A stretch of 64,000 bases of DNA. Source: Octopus bimaculoides. Its lineage: Eukaryota. The position numbers were made by a program, and so were the translations under genes. Location: the NCBI RefSeq assembly GCF_001194135.2, contig NC_068991.1:408582-472581 (forward strand), given 5' to 3'. The notes beneath the pieces were generated by a model that worked only from the letters and a program-made list of their open reading frames with translations, made no database searches and had not been told where the DNA came from. Positions 26,470 through 39,652 of the stretch are shown here, piece by piece (position 1 is the stretch's first letter; every line of letters begins with the position of its first letter).

Positions 26470-26620
26470 CTCCCTAGGTAACAAAAGCAATCAACTACTT
26501 CTAACGAGCCATTTGGGCAATTAAGAAACTCAGTCTCAAGTGTGCTTGTACATCCTGCCCAACTGCATCTACCGCATATGAAGCTTGCATTCTCAGATAG
26601 TCTGCCAGTGGTATGCATGT
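26470..26620 (-). mobile_element. RTE-clade LINE fragment (post-RT Cys-rich region)
   Basis: GRLSENASFICGRC...SLEVVDCFCYLG resembles the RTE 'FVCGRC...LEVVDSFCYLGD' segment. Confidence 0.7.
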
Positions 26621-26639
26621 ACTATGATGGCTACTAATA

Positions 26640-26670
<31 letters not shown>

Positions 26671-26686
26671 ATACACACACACACAT

Positions 26687-27090
26687 ATCATCATCATCAT
26701 CATCGTCATCATCATCGTTTAACGTCTGCTTTCCATGCTAGCATGGGTTGGACGATTTGACTGAGGACTGGTGAAACCGGATGGCAACACCAGGCTCCAA
26801 TCTAAATTTGGCAGAGTTTCTACAGCTGGATGCCCTTCCTAACGCCAACCACTCAGAGAGTGTAGTAGGTGCTTTTACGTGTCACCTGCACGAAGGCCAG
26901 TCAGGCGATACTGGCAACAGCCACGCTCGAAATGGTGTCTTTTATGTGCCACCCGCACAAGCCAGTCCAGGGGCACTGGCAACGATCTCGCTCGAAAATC
27001 CTACGGGAGCCAGTCAGGCGGTACTGGCAACGGCCACGCTCAAAATGGTGCATCTTATGTGCCACCCGCACAAGAGCCAGTCCAACATAT
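26687..27090 (-). mobile_element. RTE-family 3' UTR copy with (CAT)n tail and tandem subrepeats
   Basis: (CAT)n-TTTAACGTCTGCTTTCCATGCTAGCATGGGTTGG...GGATGCCCTTCCTAACGCCAACCAC, then repeated ~60-bp GCCAGTC...GGCAAC...GCTCGAAA units. Confidence 0.85.
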
Positions 27091-29319
27091 ATATGTATAT
27101 AATGCTACAGCTAATGCATATTCTACATAACAGAATATATATACATACACACACACACACACACACAATACTACAGTTGTATTTGTAACAAGTGTAGCTA
27201 AAGAGAGTGGACAGTCATAATTCATTTGAACAATACACAGTAATATACTGATGATGATGATGATGATGATGATCATCATCATCATCATCACTATGACAGA
27301 GATGACGATGATGATGGTTCTGTTTCCAATTGTAGGAAATATTTCAATAAACAATATTCTCCCCACCCCCTGCTTCTCCTTTCCCTTCCTCCCTTGTATA
27401 AACAGTCGTCACTCCCAATACAGCAACAACAACAACAACTCAAGAAAAGCTACAACTAAACACATTTTCTTCTTTTGTCTTTAATTTTTATATTTTTGTT
27501 GTTGTCATTTTCTGAAATGAAAATTGGCAGTGATGGAGTGGGGGTCTATTGGTGGGGGTTATATTATGAGAATTAATGAATTGGCATTGGTAATCTTGCC
27601 ATATTTGTTGTAACAATGGTGTGTTGGGTTGACAGAAGATGAAACAACCACGACTCCAATAACAGCTGAATCTGACTGTACAAAGTTCCAGATGAGGAAT
27701 CTGTCACGTACAGTGGGTTTACACCATGTTCCACACAAGAAAGTTTATATCTTTCTTTGTAAACAATGGTAAAACATTGATGTTTTATTTCACTGGGAGA
27801 TTTGTTTTTCTTCTCAAACAGAAATGGCAAACTGATTCCGTCATTAATTGAGCAAAAAATATTTACATGACAGAAATACCCTTGATAATAGCAGTGCTAA
27901 TCGTCTTTGAGTAGAATTCTAACATTTCTTTGCCCGCCCCCAACCTCTGAGGAGAAACGGGTCAAGTCTTGGAAGTGTTTGTGGGAGTAGGGAAACAGCT
28001 AACATAACTGGTAGGGAGCAAAATATCATTGAAAGGAATGAGATATAGGGAGTGGGGCTAATTAAGGGGCCTAAACACTATGTTTGTAGATTATTCATAT
28101 ATATATACATGTGTGTGTGTGTGTGCATGTGTTTACGAAGATAGATAGATAGATATATATATAGATAGATAGATAGACAGGCAGACAGATACATAGATAG
28201 ACAGAAAGATAGACAGATAGGTGCGTATGTGTGCGTTCATTATTATATATTTTTCCTGTTGTCAGTTACAAGGCAAGTTCACCATTGCTGGTTTATGGCA
28301 AAAAAAAAAAAAAAAAAACCACCCACTACACTCTGTAAAGTAATTGGTGTGAGGAAGGGAAACCAGCTGCAAAAATCATGCCAAAAGTGAGACATTGAGG
28401 CAACATGTCTTCTAAAAATCCATTGGATCCTGTTGAATGATCCACTTACCATGCGAAAATGGGAAGTGGACATAAAATGATGATGAAGATGATGAATAAT
28501 TGCTAATTTAGGCACAAGGCCAGCAATTTTGAGGGAAGTGGCGCTGGTTGGTTAGACTGATCCCAGTGCTTGTTATTTTATTGATCCTGGAGGGATGAAA
28601 GGCAAATCTGACCTTAGCAGGATTTAAAACTCAGAACATACAGAGTCATAACAATAATAGTTCTTAAATTTATAATTAAACTTATCTTATTCCGTAAAAA
28701 AATATACACTCAAAAGTGAGGCAAGTTTGTGGAAGCAAGCAAGAAAGAATTGAGATTGGTTGACCAGCTGTTTGTAAATACAATTGATGCAACCGAAAAT
28801 AAGAAATAAGATATTATAGATGAGAAAATTTGGCAGAATGTGGAAATACCAGTAAAAATGTCAGGAAGCAAAATTAATTCTTTGTTGATGTTTTTGATGT
28901 TTGCAAAAATTTCCAACCAAGCAGAAATGGAAAAAAAAAAACAAAAAAAAAAAAACAAAAACTAAAATAATAAATAAATTATGAATGAAAACAAGGAATT
29001 TTGAATAAAGTAGTTGTTCCACTGACCTCCCCCTGTCAGAAGTAGTTCTCTGGTACAGAACCACCAGGAAGGAATTCCCATTTTCTCCTCCAAGCAAAAC
29101 CATATTCACTATCACTGTGGTGCCAGCTCCTTTCACATTTCCTGTGCAGACATTGACCCTCAAACAGCTTTCTGACAAATGGAACAAGTGGTAGTGGTGG
29201 TGGTGGTGATGAATTCTTTTAACTAGATATAAGGTCAGAGAGTTCAGGAATAATGAGACATGCCTTTGTATCTGTGTGCGTGCANNNNNNNNNNGGGGGG
29301 GGGTGCATGTGCGTGAGCA

Positions 29320-29350
<31 letters not shown>

Positions 29351-29399
29351 ATGTATATACAATGCATGTGTATGTGTGTGTGTGCATTACTGGTATTTC

Positions 29400-30110
29400 C
29401 CTAATGGTAGCAGGATCCTCTTGTCTTTCCTACTTAACTAAAACTTAAATCAAGGCTAAACTTCTTGATTCCACCTTGTTGACTGTCCCAGCCCTTCCTA
29501 TATGGCCTGTACAGCCCTCACAGGTCAAGAACAAAACCAAATACTATTTCTAATGTGCTCACAGTACATCCATCTCCAGTGCTTCTGTCCAGTGCATTCT
29601 CAGTTAATGAGACCACTTCATCACCTCTTGAGTCTCCATAAGCTTATACGGAGTACAGCATTTAGAACTACCCCTTTTCTGCATATTTCAATATACAAGG
29701 CCCTGAAGATACCAGGGTCCTGTCTTCTTTCATACTTGCTATTTTGTGTCCTCTTCATGCTAGGTTTAGCTTCTATGCATGCAATTTCCTCTCTAATTTC
29801 ACTATAGATTTAGCTAGGAGAACTAGGAATATAGGAATTCTTATTTGGGCAGTCAATCTTAATCATTTCTGTGATGGTCTGTAGGACAATAGTGAATAGA
29901 AGGGGACTGAGGACTGGGCTTTGATGAACTCCTACCTTCAATCCTAAGCTTGTTCTTCACTCTCTCTTTACTGCAGTTTTGTATATAGCTTTTGTACAAC
30001 CCAAACAAACCCATTCATCTTCACCCAGTTCCTTCAATGACTGCCAAATTACTGAACATGCTACCCTGTCAAATACCTTCTCCAAGTCAGTGAATGCCTG
30101 AAATAGTGAA
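29400..30110 (-). mobile_element. Decayed RTE-clade LINE RT fragment
   Basis: Minus-strand DLEKVFDRVACSVIWQSLKELGEDEW and LKVGVHQSPVLSPLLFTIVLQTITE correspond to RTE RT motifs (DLEKAFDRVP..., GVHQGSVLSPLLF). Confidence 0.8.
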
Positions 30111-31705
30111 ATGCCAAAAGAGAAAGGGTAGGGAGAATCAAAATAAAATAGAAAATAGGATTTTTCTTCTGTAGTTTCAGCTCAGAGCTGCGGCCATGCT
30201 GATGCACCGCCGTTTTGGAGACCACGACATTGAATTGGATATTAACATCATCCATGATGTTAATCTCCAATTCCACCCAATGTCTAAATACAATGCCCAC
30301 CACTGTCTATAGAATTTATAATTTATATATCTTAGTAATTCATAATCTAAGCTACTAAAACATATTGGAAAATTATTTTTAATTTGCAATTTTGATCAAT
30401 CACTGCATCACAAAATGAACAAGCACAACATTCTATTGTTGTTTGCTTCCTCATTGAAAATGGATGCTACTGTCTTAGTAATGTGGTTAATGGAAAGAAA
30501 AGTTTCTACTCATTCAAACATGTGTGTGTGTGTGTCTTTGTGAAAGAGAAAAATGATTTACAAACTAGTGGATTTTTTCCCTTCCCCACTGTTACTAAGT
30601 TGTACAATTTAGCAATAGAACAGCTGTCCATTTACTTTTATTTCATTTATGAAGAGGATTATCCTTTCATAAATGGTATTTTTCTTACTCTACAGCCACC
30701 CCACATATCTTCCAGCATTGCACATTTTCCTCCCAGTATGCATTATTCATTCACAGACTCAGATACGTTTTACTTCATGATGTTCCCTACATAAAGGATA
30801 CCAATGTACTTTTACCAACAAACACCCAACAGTTCTTCTTACTCGTTATTACTAACAATTCTCATACATTGCACCCAGGGCTGGATTTAGACGAAACTTT
30901 GGTTTCTAACTATATGGCTATATATGTATATACACACATACATACGTACGTACATACATACACATGTATGTTTGAATCACAATGATTGTGAAGCTTGTTG
31001 ATCTGTCACAACTTCCGGTTCAGTTCACNNNNNNNNNNNNNNNNNNNNNNNNNNNNNNNNNNNNNNNNNNNNNNNNNNNNNNNNNNNNNNNNNNNNNCTC
31101 CCTCCCCCTCTCCCTCTCTCTCTCAACAAGTTCTTTTCCTTTCTCCATACTGTCACTAAAAATACCTTAAGCTACCATTGTTGAAACAGAAAGTTCTTTT
31201 TGTAGAACTGTTGTAATATAAACAAAAATTAATCTCCATTCTTAAATGCCTCTCTTCAGATATAAAACTTATTTAAAACTAATTTTTGCAATAAGTTATT
31301 TTTCTTTTGTTAAGAAATGCCATTTATTATCTGTCTGCTTATGCATCTAACTAGCTCCAGGCAGTTTGTTTGTCTACGTCTGTCTGTCACACATATTCTA
31401 GGCATTCTATTAGTATATCTTTAGTTATAAACACATAACCAATGAGTCAGAAAATGACCACTGATTTTGCATTTACAATTGCATTTGGCAATACAGACAA
31501 CTCATCAGAAAACCAAAAAAAAAAAAAAAACCCCTTTCTGAGAGAGTTTTTGTCTTTCAGTTTTTTTTTTTCTTTCCTCCCTCCAACTGACCAACACTGT
31601 ATATTTACCTCCATCAGTAAAAAAGCTATGTGCCTCCAGCCTGCAGGTCAGCTGACCTGTCTATATTGCCAAATGAAACTAATATTAACTCTCTGACTAG
31701 TTATA

Positions 31706-32335
31706 CAGGGTGGGGAAGAGAGGATGGACGTTTTTGAAATGGTTATTACTCAGCCCCAGAGAGAGGGACATATGTCCAACAGGTACTATTCAGTCCATGG
31801 TGTCTTATCACTTTTTTCCGTTTTGGGTGAAGCCATGGCACTGTGGATGACAGAGCATCATGTGTTTGTCTACAACAATTACATAAAGAATAACGAGTCT
31901 ATCACAGCAGTTCAGCGTGAGTTTTGGCACCACTTCAACATTCACTGCAATCAGGCTGTTCCCACCCGTAACACAATCTTACGATGGATGAATGTACTTC
32001 ATACATGAGATACACTAATGAATAGGAGACCGGTGAGGGTGTCACGAATGGTACGGACCCTGGAAAATGTGGAATGCATCAGACAAGCTTTGATATGGAA
32101 TCTGAATCGCTCTGCCTGGAGGCATTCCACTGAACTTAGCAATGCTGGAGAGAGTGGAGGCCAGCTTCCAAGAACACCTTCAGAAATGCATCAACAAAAA
32201 CGGTTACCACGTGATGGATGACATTTTCCACACTTGATTTTGACAAATGCTAATTCAATACGAGCACATTGATGTCAATAAAATTTGTTTGCAAATTTGT
32301 TTTCCAAAAACGCCTGTCCTCTCTGCCCCACCCTG
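31706..32335 (+). mobile_element. Internally deleted Tc1/mariner (DUF4817-type HTH) transposon
   Basis: TA-flanked TIRs CAGGGTGGGGAAGAGAGGA / TCCTCTCTGCCCCACCCTG. Internal N-terminal HTH remnant YIKNNESITAVQREFWHHFNI...VPTRNTILRW and C-terminal remnant MLERVEASFQEHLQKCINKNGYHVMDDIFHT*. No DDE/D core lies between them. Confidence 0.9.
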
Positions 32336-32929
32336 TAAGTCATGACCAATGATATTCTACCGGACTGCATAAAAGCAGAACTACTCAAAATTTCTGTTAG
32401 AGTGTGCGTTATTTCTGACTTATGGGCAACTGACCGATGTGTGTGTGTGTACACATACATACCATCTCTCTCTTGAAGAGGCACAAACACCTACACACAC
32501 ATGTACACATGCGGCAGTAACTTCCGGTGCATAAATACATATATGTATACACACAGAGTCAACATATAATATGCATTGCAAGGATGAAGTTTATAATCAG
32601 TAAAATGATGTAATTGTTCAAACAAATGTGAAAAGAAGAATAATAGTAATAATGCAGCAGAGAATTCTTTATCAAAAAACAACAGACAACTTCTTGTAGA
32701 CAGAGGCATAATATGGTGTCTGTTGTTGTAGACTTGCAGACTACATTGTTACTTCTACATACACCTGCTGCCATAACCCTAACCCTACAATAACTGGATT
32801 GGTGCTTCCAAATAAATTTCAGTAAATCTTACCATCCTCATCTTTATCTTTTACTAGCCATCTTCCATGTGGAAAATCATTTTTGGAATGATGATGATGA
32901 TGATGATGATGAATATGATGATGGGAAGA

Positions 32930-33115
32930 ATTTGGAGCATGCAAACAGTAAAGGTTTGGGACAGCAAGGATTATCAGGAGGGTCCCAAGCACTTGAAAGA
33001 CTGCTGAAAACTTGTGGATACCTAAGGTCACAGGCAGTAACCCACTATTCACAGAATCCCTACCAGGAATAAGACCAAACCTGAGACAAACCAAAATAAT
33101 AACAATAATAATAAT
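32930..33115 (+). mobile_element. R4/Dong-like element 3' end with (TAA)n tail
   Basis: GTARIIRRVPST* (32958-32996) resembles the RLE-LINE C-terminus 'LGTARILRKVL', followed by a short UTR and AATAATAACAATAATAATAAT. Confidence 0.55.
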
Positions 33116-33332
33116 CCTGTCTACTCTAGGCACAAGGCCTGAAATTTTGGGGATGAGGGGGCCAATTGATTATATTGACCCTAGTATGTAACTGGTGCTT
33201 ATTTCATTGACCCCGAAAGGATGAAAGGCAAAGCTGACCTCGGTGGAATTTGAGCTCAAAACATAAGGACGGATGAAGTGCCACTAAGCATTTTGCCTGG
33301 CGTGCTAACGCTTCTGCTAGCTGGAGCCACCT
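33116..33332 (-). mobile_element. tRNA-derived SINE, same family as 18822
   Basis: Reverse complement of the full head, body and tail; flanked by (TAA)n on both sides. Confidence 0.85.
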
Positions 33333-33756
33333 TAATAATAATAATAATAAATGATACTCCATCCATAGAGAGCTTGCTTCAATGAATTCTGCCTGACCAA
33401 TGCAAACATAGAAACAAGGATGTTAAAACGATGATGATGATGATTGGCTTAGTTTGGTGCTCTACCGATTCTGCAATTTTGTCAATCCATTAAATTGAGT
33501 TGATAGAACTGATCGAAATGAAATCCACTTATCAGAAAATTATCAAGATCCAAAAGATCAACAAAATAATATCCCAGCCATGCCCAACCCCTACAAACTG
33601 ACACATTTTATGTACTTTGGCGAAACTGTTTTCATCAGTGATAAAACTTTTTAATTAATTGAGGAATTTGTTATACGGAGAGGAGGTGAGGGGGAGGGGT
33701 CTATGAACATTCTTTGTTCAGCGGGTGGTGTGAATGTTGAATTAACTCTATCTGTC

Positions 33757-33789
<33 letters not shown>

Positions 33790-34082
33790 GAGGGGGAAGA
33801 GATAGGGGAAAGGGGCGAGGGAGAGAATGAGAGAGACTTTTATGAGACAAGGCAGGTGTATGAATGTTTAATGGTATTTAATGGAAACAAATTAGGGAAT
33901 GTTGGAGGGGAGGGGCCATTTCATTGGAGATAATTACTGAGGGTGGTCAGAACAGGGTGGAAGACAAAGAGAGGGAGAAGGTGGAGAGAGAGAAAGTATC
34001 TGTCACCATAACTACCATGTTTTCACAGGAACATCCAGTTTGAATAGCAGACATTAAAAACAAGGAGTATTCCCAACAATAA

Positions 34083-34118
<36 letters not shown>

Positions 34119-37100
34119 ATGCGTGCGTAAATATATATATATGTAGTTATACACATATATATATATATATATATATATGATTGTGTGTGTATATGTCTGT
34201 ATGTATGTATTTGTGTGTGTATGAATAAATATATGCATATATATTATATATATATATATAAGTATTATATATGTGTGTGTGCATGTGCATGCATATGTGT
34301 GTGTGTGTGTGTGTACAACAAGTATACAATTAACTTGACTGTGAGAGAGAGAAAATAATCCAAAATTAGCAGTTTGACAATGAAATAGTGATATAATGTG
34401 CTTCCACTTCAGAAAATCTCACTTTATCAAATTTCATCTGACTCCCAGAGTAGATCAGGGTAAACAAAAAACAAAAATAGAAACCTAAGTGTGGTAGCTG
34501 GTCATAAGAGACGAAGTCACCAGAAATGGCTGAGAGCAGTTCTTCTAACAAATTCAACTTTGGTGCTGCTATCAGGTTTCCTTTAAATAATTGCAATCAA
34601 TTTTTGCAATGAATGTAAAAATAAAGAAATATTATCATACATTCTCCTCAAGTTTTATTCTGGAAACTGTCTTTTATGAGATTTTGTTGGGTTATTTTTC
34701 TTTTATTCAATCATTTTAAAGGGATTAAGGAAATGGAAGTATCACTGATGTTTTGAACTTAAGCTCTTCATCAGAGAGTTTGATAAGAGAAAGGAGAAGC
34801 ATAGAAGTAAAGAGAACATGACAAAGAAATATGTGTTGTTCTAATTGAAATCATGTTGACCAAGAACACATTATACTAGTCACAGGGCCAGTTTTTGTAA
34901 AGGGCGAGTCAGTACATAGAATTCACCTGTATCCTCTTGCTATTTATCGACCCTTTATCAATAAATGGTAAACCTGACTTTGCAAAAATTTGAACTCATA
35001 CCAGTAAGAATATCAGTTGGTAGAAAAAAAGATAAGGCTAAGGTTATTTTTATCTACCCTGATATAGTATTCTGATATTTCAACAATTTGATATCTTCTG
35101 ACATGGAACTGACTAGCTCTGACTGAAGTGACTCCAATTTATAACAGGTATTTTATCAAGTTGGACGATAAGAGAAAGACAAGATGATTTCTTGACCAAT
35201 TAATGTTACAAGGTGTAAAAAAAAAAGTTGGTAGGGGTTGGGGAGTGACAGTGGATGATAAAATTTGCTAAAATACAGTCAATGGCTGTTTGTAATTAAT
35301 TACCTCCCTTTATAGATTGATTTCAAACCAATCAAAATCAACTTTACCATTTCTCTGCCAGTGATATACTGGGATCAATACGATCAAGGCCATCATTAAA
35401 AGAGGAAAAAGAAGAGTAAAGAATTAGTACAAATGTTGTGGGACTCTCTGTAAGAAGTTCGAATCCCACTAGAGTTAACTTTGTCTTATTACTCAGAGTA
35501 CATGTAAAAACAATACCAGTTATAGACTTGGGTTGATTTAATCAACTTTACTTCTCCCACTTACAATATCAGAAATGATAATTTCAGATAAAAATAAGTT
35601 GACGGAATGAGGTGGGTGGGGGAAGATGACATTAATCTAAGTGCCTTGTGGTATTTATACTCATCTCTCCCCGTTCTGAGTTCAAATCCCATTAATATTG
35701 CTGTTGGCTGCCAAACCTAGAATATTCAGAGAATTAATACCAATCATATCATGAGTTACATATCATGGATGCATTTCGACACCACCACCACCACCACCAC
35801 CATTAATATCTACTTTTGTATCTTGTGCAAATGTAAGAAAGTTTTTCTTTTTGGGTGTGTGTGTTCCAATTACTCAAGTGTATAAAGTAGACATTGAAAC
35901 CAGAAGATTTCGAAGAGATTTAGGAAGAAACACTAATGTTTCTATGTGTCATTTACATTAATTAAGCAAAACAGCTTCTCTCGATCGTTCCCCCCACCTC
36001 CCGGCCGGTCGGCTGGCCTCCATCTCCACAACATATGCTGGTGCAATCCATGAAGGGAGATCTTCAGCTGACCTTCTTCATCACAGATATGCTGTCTGCA
36101 AGCTGAAAGTAATGCCTACCCATTCCCTAATTAACATCACTGGAATCTAATGCTTTGTCTCATCTAAAGCTGGTATTTCTGTTGACTGATACAATAGATG
36201 TTACTGAAAGAAACTTTATGACATTTCAAACAGCCAAACTTCCATACAATGAACTTCATTTGCCATTTACAGAAATTATTTCTTGGAGTTATAATTTTGT
36301 GAATTTTACACCATATTCCATTTGTAAATCATCTCATAAAAGATGGATAAACTTACAGCAACTCTTTCACCAGATATTATTTCAGGAACCATTTATTAAA
36401 AAGCTACTTTGTGATACAGTTACCCTAACACAGAATAGGCAAAGAAATGGCCACACATTTGTGACTTTGGGGATGTTTTGAGAATTAAACTGGGCCCTAA
36501 TATTTTACGGGAACAAATGAGTGAAAAGTAAAGGATTTAACTTCAGAACAGAAAAGGATGTAATACCACAAGCCTGCAGAATCAGTAGAGCACTGGAAAA
36601 AGTACCTTGTGGTATTTGCTCTGGTATTTTACATTCTAAGTTCAAACCCCATCAAGGTCAAGTTAGGCTTTCATTCTGCTGGGGTTGAAAAAAGAAAGTA
36701 CCAGTCAAGTACTGGTACTTAATTTATGTAATCAACTCACCATCTACCCCAAAGTTTCAGGATCTATGCCTGTTATAGAAAGGATCATTAATATTATTAT
36801 CTATTCCTTTTATCTCGGGTTTTGTTGTAATACCTGGAGTCTTGCATGCACAGCAGGTTTTCTGCTGAATCTGAAAATCTACCATTCTTAATAACGAGCA
36901 TAACAAACGAGACAGCTTCCTTATTGGAAGAAACAAAAACAATTTTAATTGTTCATTTGATTAAATATTTTTGGTATTTTCTTTCTTGAATGGTTGTGGA
37001 AAGTCTGTCACAGACTGATTCAATCCCCTGTTATCCCCTCAGCACTTTGTAACCTGCACTAAACACGGGTTAACTCCCAAAAGCACTTTGTATTAACACT

Positions 37101-38838
37101 ATGTTAAGCCATCAGCTCTATAGTAACCCCCTAATAATCTTATGTTATCCCCTTAACACAATGCTAACACTATGTTAGCCCTACTCTAAATTAACACTGT
37201 GTTGACCCCCTTCAACACTCACTATTAACCCCTCAAATATTTCACGGGTGTTGTATCTGTTTATATTTGGTTTGGGTAAATCAAGTATGTAATTGACATT
37301 ACACATGAAACAATGTGACACCTGCAGATGCAAGTGGCATCATCCAAGAGGCAGTGTGATGGCTTTGTGTGTGTGTGTGTGTTCGACATGTCAGTGTGTA
37401 AGCCATTGGTCTTTAAAATATTTACAGCTTCACCTTTCACACTGTGGTCAGCAACTCCACCTATTGGCTATTTTGTTAACCTCTTGATCAGTATGGGAAG
37501 AGTAAATTAGATTTTTAAAATGGGAATAAAACTGAGGAGGAGGAGGTCGTGAAAGACAGAAAATGGTGGAGTGGTGGAGGAGGACAACAACAATAATGGT
37601 GGTGGCAATGATGATGATGTCAAAAACATTTAAAAAATAAAACTGACTTCTTTGACAGATCAATTTACCAACAATAATAAGAGCTACACCCAGTAAGTTG
37701 TAAAACCATTAGAAATGTGTGTGTGTGTAAAAATATATACATAGATATATACATTTGTAAATGTATGCATGGGTGTACATGTAAACAGCTGTGTGTGTGT
37801 GTGTGTGTGTGTCTGTATCAGTGCAATGATTCATCATAATTGTTAAAAGTGTAGGATTTAAGATAAATATATTTTCTTTAGTGACTAAATGAGCACTTAA
37901 CATTCTTATTATCATGCTTATTTACATTGTAACTATTATTTTTTATTTTTATTATTATTAGTTTCAAATGAAACTATCCGTTTATTAATATAACATACAA
38001 GACACAAAAGTTGCGTAAACATAACTCTACCTCTCAACTCATGGGTTACAGTTGGTGTTGTTGTAGACAAGGCACTAAGCTATCCTTGCTCACTTCAGAA
38101 ATAAGAGTTTTGCCCACTGCCAAGATTATCTTGTTTGACTGACTCAAGGAATTAATCCCACTTATCCTAGTTGTAAGACATGGACCAGATATGTTGTCAC
38201 AGTCATAAGATATATCCTAGAAGAGTTATCGTAAGATTTATGAGATGTCGTAATATTAATATTAACCACTTTGCAAACCATTAAATATGTACCAATCTAA
38301 GACGATGAAATGGTGACTGAGGGTGAAGGAGAGGCAGAATCATTAGAAATGTCTGCAAAAATACCTTGTAGTATTTCTTTGAGTTCTTTAGGTCTTGAGT
38401 TCAAATACTGCCAGAACTAACTTTACCTTTCAGCCTTCCAGGATCAATAAAATAGTGTACCAGTCAAATACAGGGGTTTATTTAATCAAGTGACTCCTAT
38501 CCACAAATTTCAGGTCAACGCCTATGTTAGAATCAATTCTTATATGGTTACTGTCATTTGATGGCTAGTACTTGTTAACAATATAGAGTTAATGGTGTTT
38601 TATAGCATACAACAATATTAGCTAGTGTATTACCACTCTTACATACCGAGTTGTACAATAACTATATTATAATCACAATTATACAGTGGGATGCAAAAGC
38701 AGGTATACAGTTATGAAAAGAAAACACACACAATTTTCATTTATTTTTATCACAAAAATTAAAACTCACAATCACAAAATTATTATAGTCATGATAAACG
38801 TATTATTATGATTAATGACAGGGAAAATATCAAAATTG

Positions 38839-39474
38839 AGGCCAACTGGACATCGGACGAGGTGGTGAAGCACGACCTTCGAACGTTAGGCCTCACCGAG
38901 GCAATGACTAGTGACCGAGACCTTTGGAAATATGCTGTGCGTGAGAAGACCCAGCGAGCCAAGTGAGACCATAACCCGTGGCCTATGCCAGGGGTGTAAC
39001 CAGCCCACTTTCCTTCATTGGACACTAAACTCTGCTTGCGAAGACCTGTTGAGGCAAGTGAAATCAAAATTGAATTATATTGGATGACTTCCACCGTGCC
39101 AGTGGAGCGCTAAGAGCACCATCCGAGTGTGATCATTGCCAGAGCAGCTGACTGTCTTCCATGCTGGTGGTACGTAAATAACATCATTTGGGTGTGATCA
39201 TTGCCAGTGCCGCTGGACTGGCTCCTGTGCAGGTGGCACGTAAAAAACACCATTTGAGCGTGGCTGTTGCCAGTACTGCCTGACTGGCCTTTGTGCCGGT
39301 GGCACGTAAAAGCACCCACTACACTCTCGGAGTGGTTGGCATTAGGAAGGGCATCCAGCTGTAGAAACTCTGCCAGATCAGATTGGAGCCTGGTGCAGCC
39401 ATCTGGTTCGCCAGTTCTCAGTCAAATCCCCCAACCCATGCTAGCATGGAAAGCGGACATTAAACGATGATGAT
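38839..39474 (+). mobile_element. RTE LINE 3' end, 5'-truncated
   Basis: DEVVKHDLRTLGLTEAMTSDRDLWKYAVREKTQRAK* followed by the same 3' UTR as 43443-44250 and a GAT tail. Confidence 0.9.
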
Positions 39475-39490
39475 ATATATATATATATAT

Positions 39491-39652
39491 GATGGGCTTC
39501 TTTCAGTTTCTGTCTACCAAATCCACTCACAAGGCTTTGGTCAATCAGAGACTAGAGTAGAAGACACTTGCCCAAGGAACTATGCAGTGGGATTGAACCT
39601 GGAACCATGCAGTCAGGAAGCAAACTTCTTACCACACAGCCATGCTTGCACC
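39491..39652 (-). mobile_element. tRNA-derived SINE (second family)
   Basis: Reverse complement: GCATGGCTGTGTGGTAAGAAG...GGTTCAATCCCACTGC...TTCCTTGGGCAAGTGTCTTCTAC. Related copies at about 2385-2500 (-), 12095-12230 (-), 13746-13910 (+) and 48395-48480 (-). Confidence 0.8.

Noticed and set aside
32777-32790. CCCTAA-type motifs here and near 57415 as telomere remnants
   Set aside because: Only about two units are present, too short to call interstitial telomeres; they are likely parts of dispersed repeats.
36155-36481. 108-aa non-repetitive ORF
   Set aside because: It starts at TTG, has no recognisable domain and no convincing splice context, and is within chance expectation for six frames of 64 kb.
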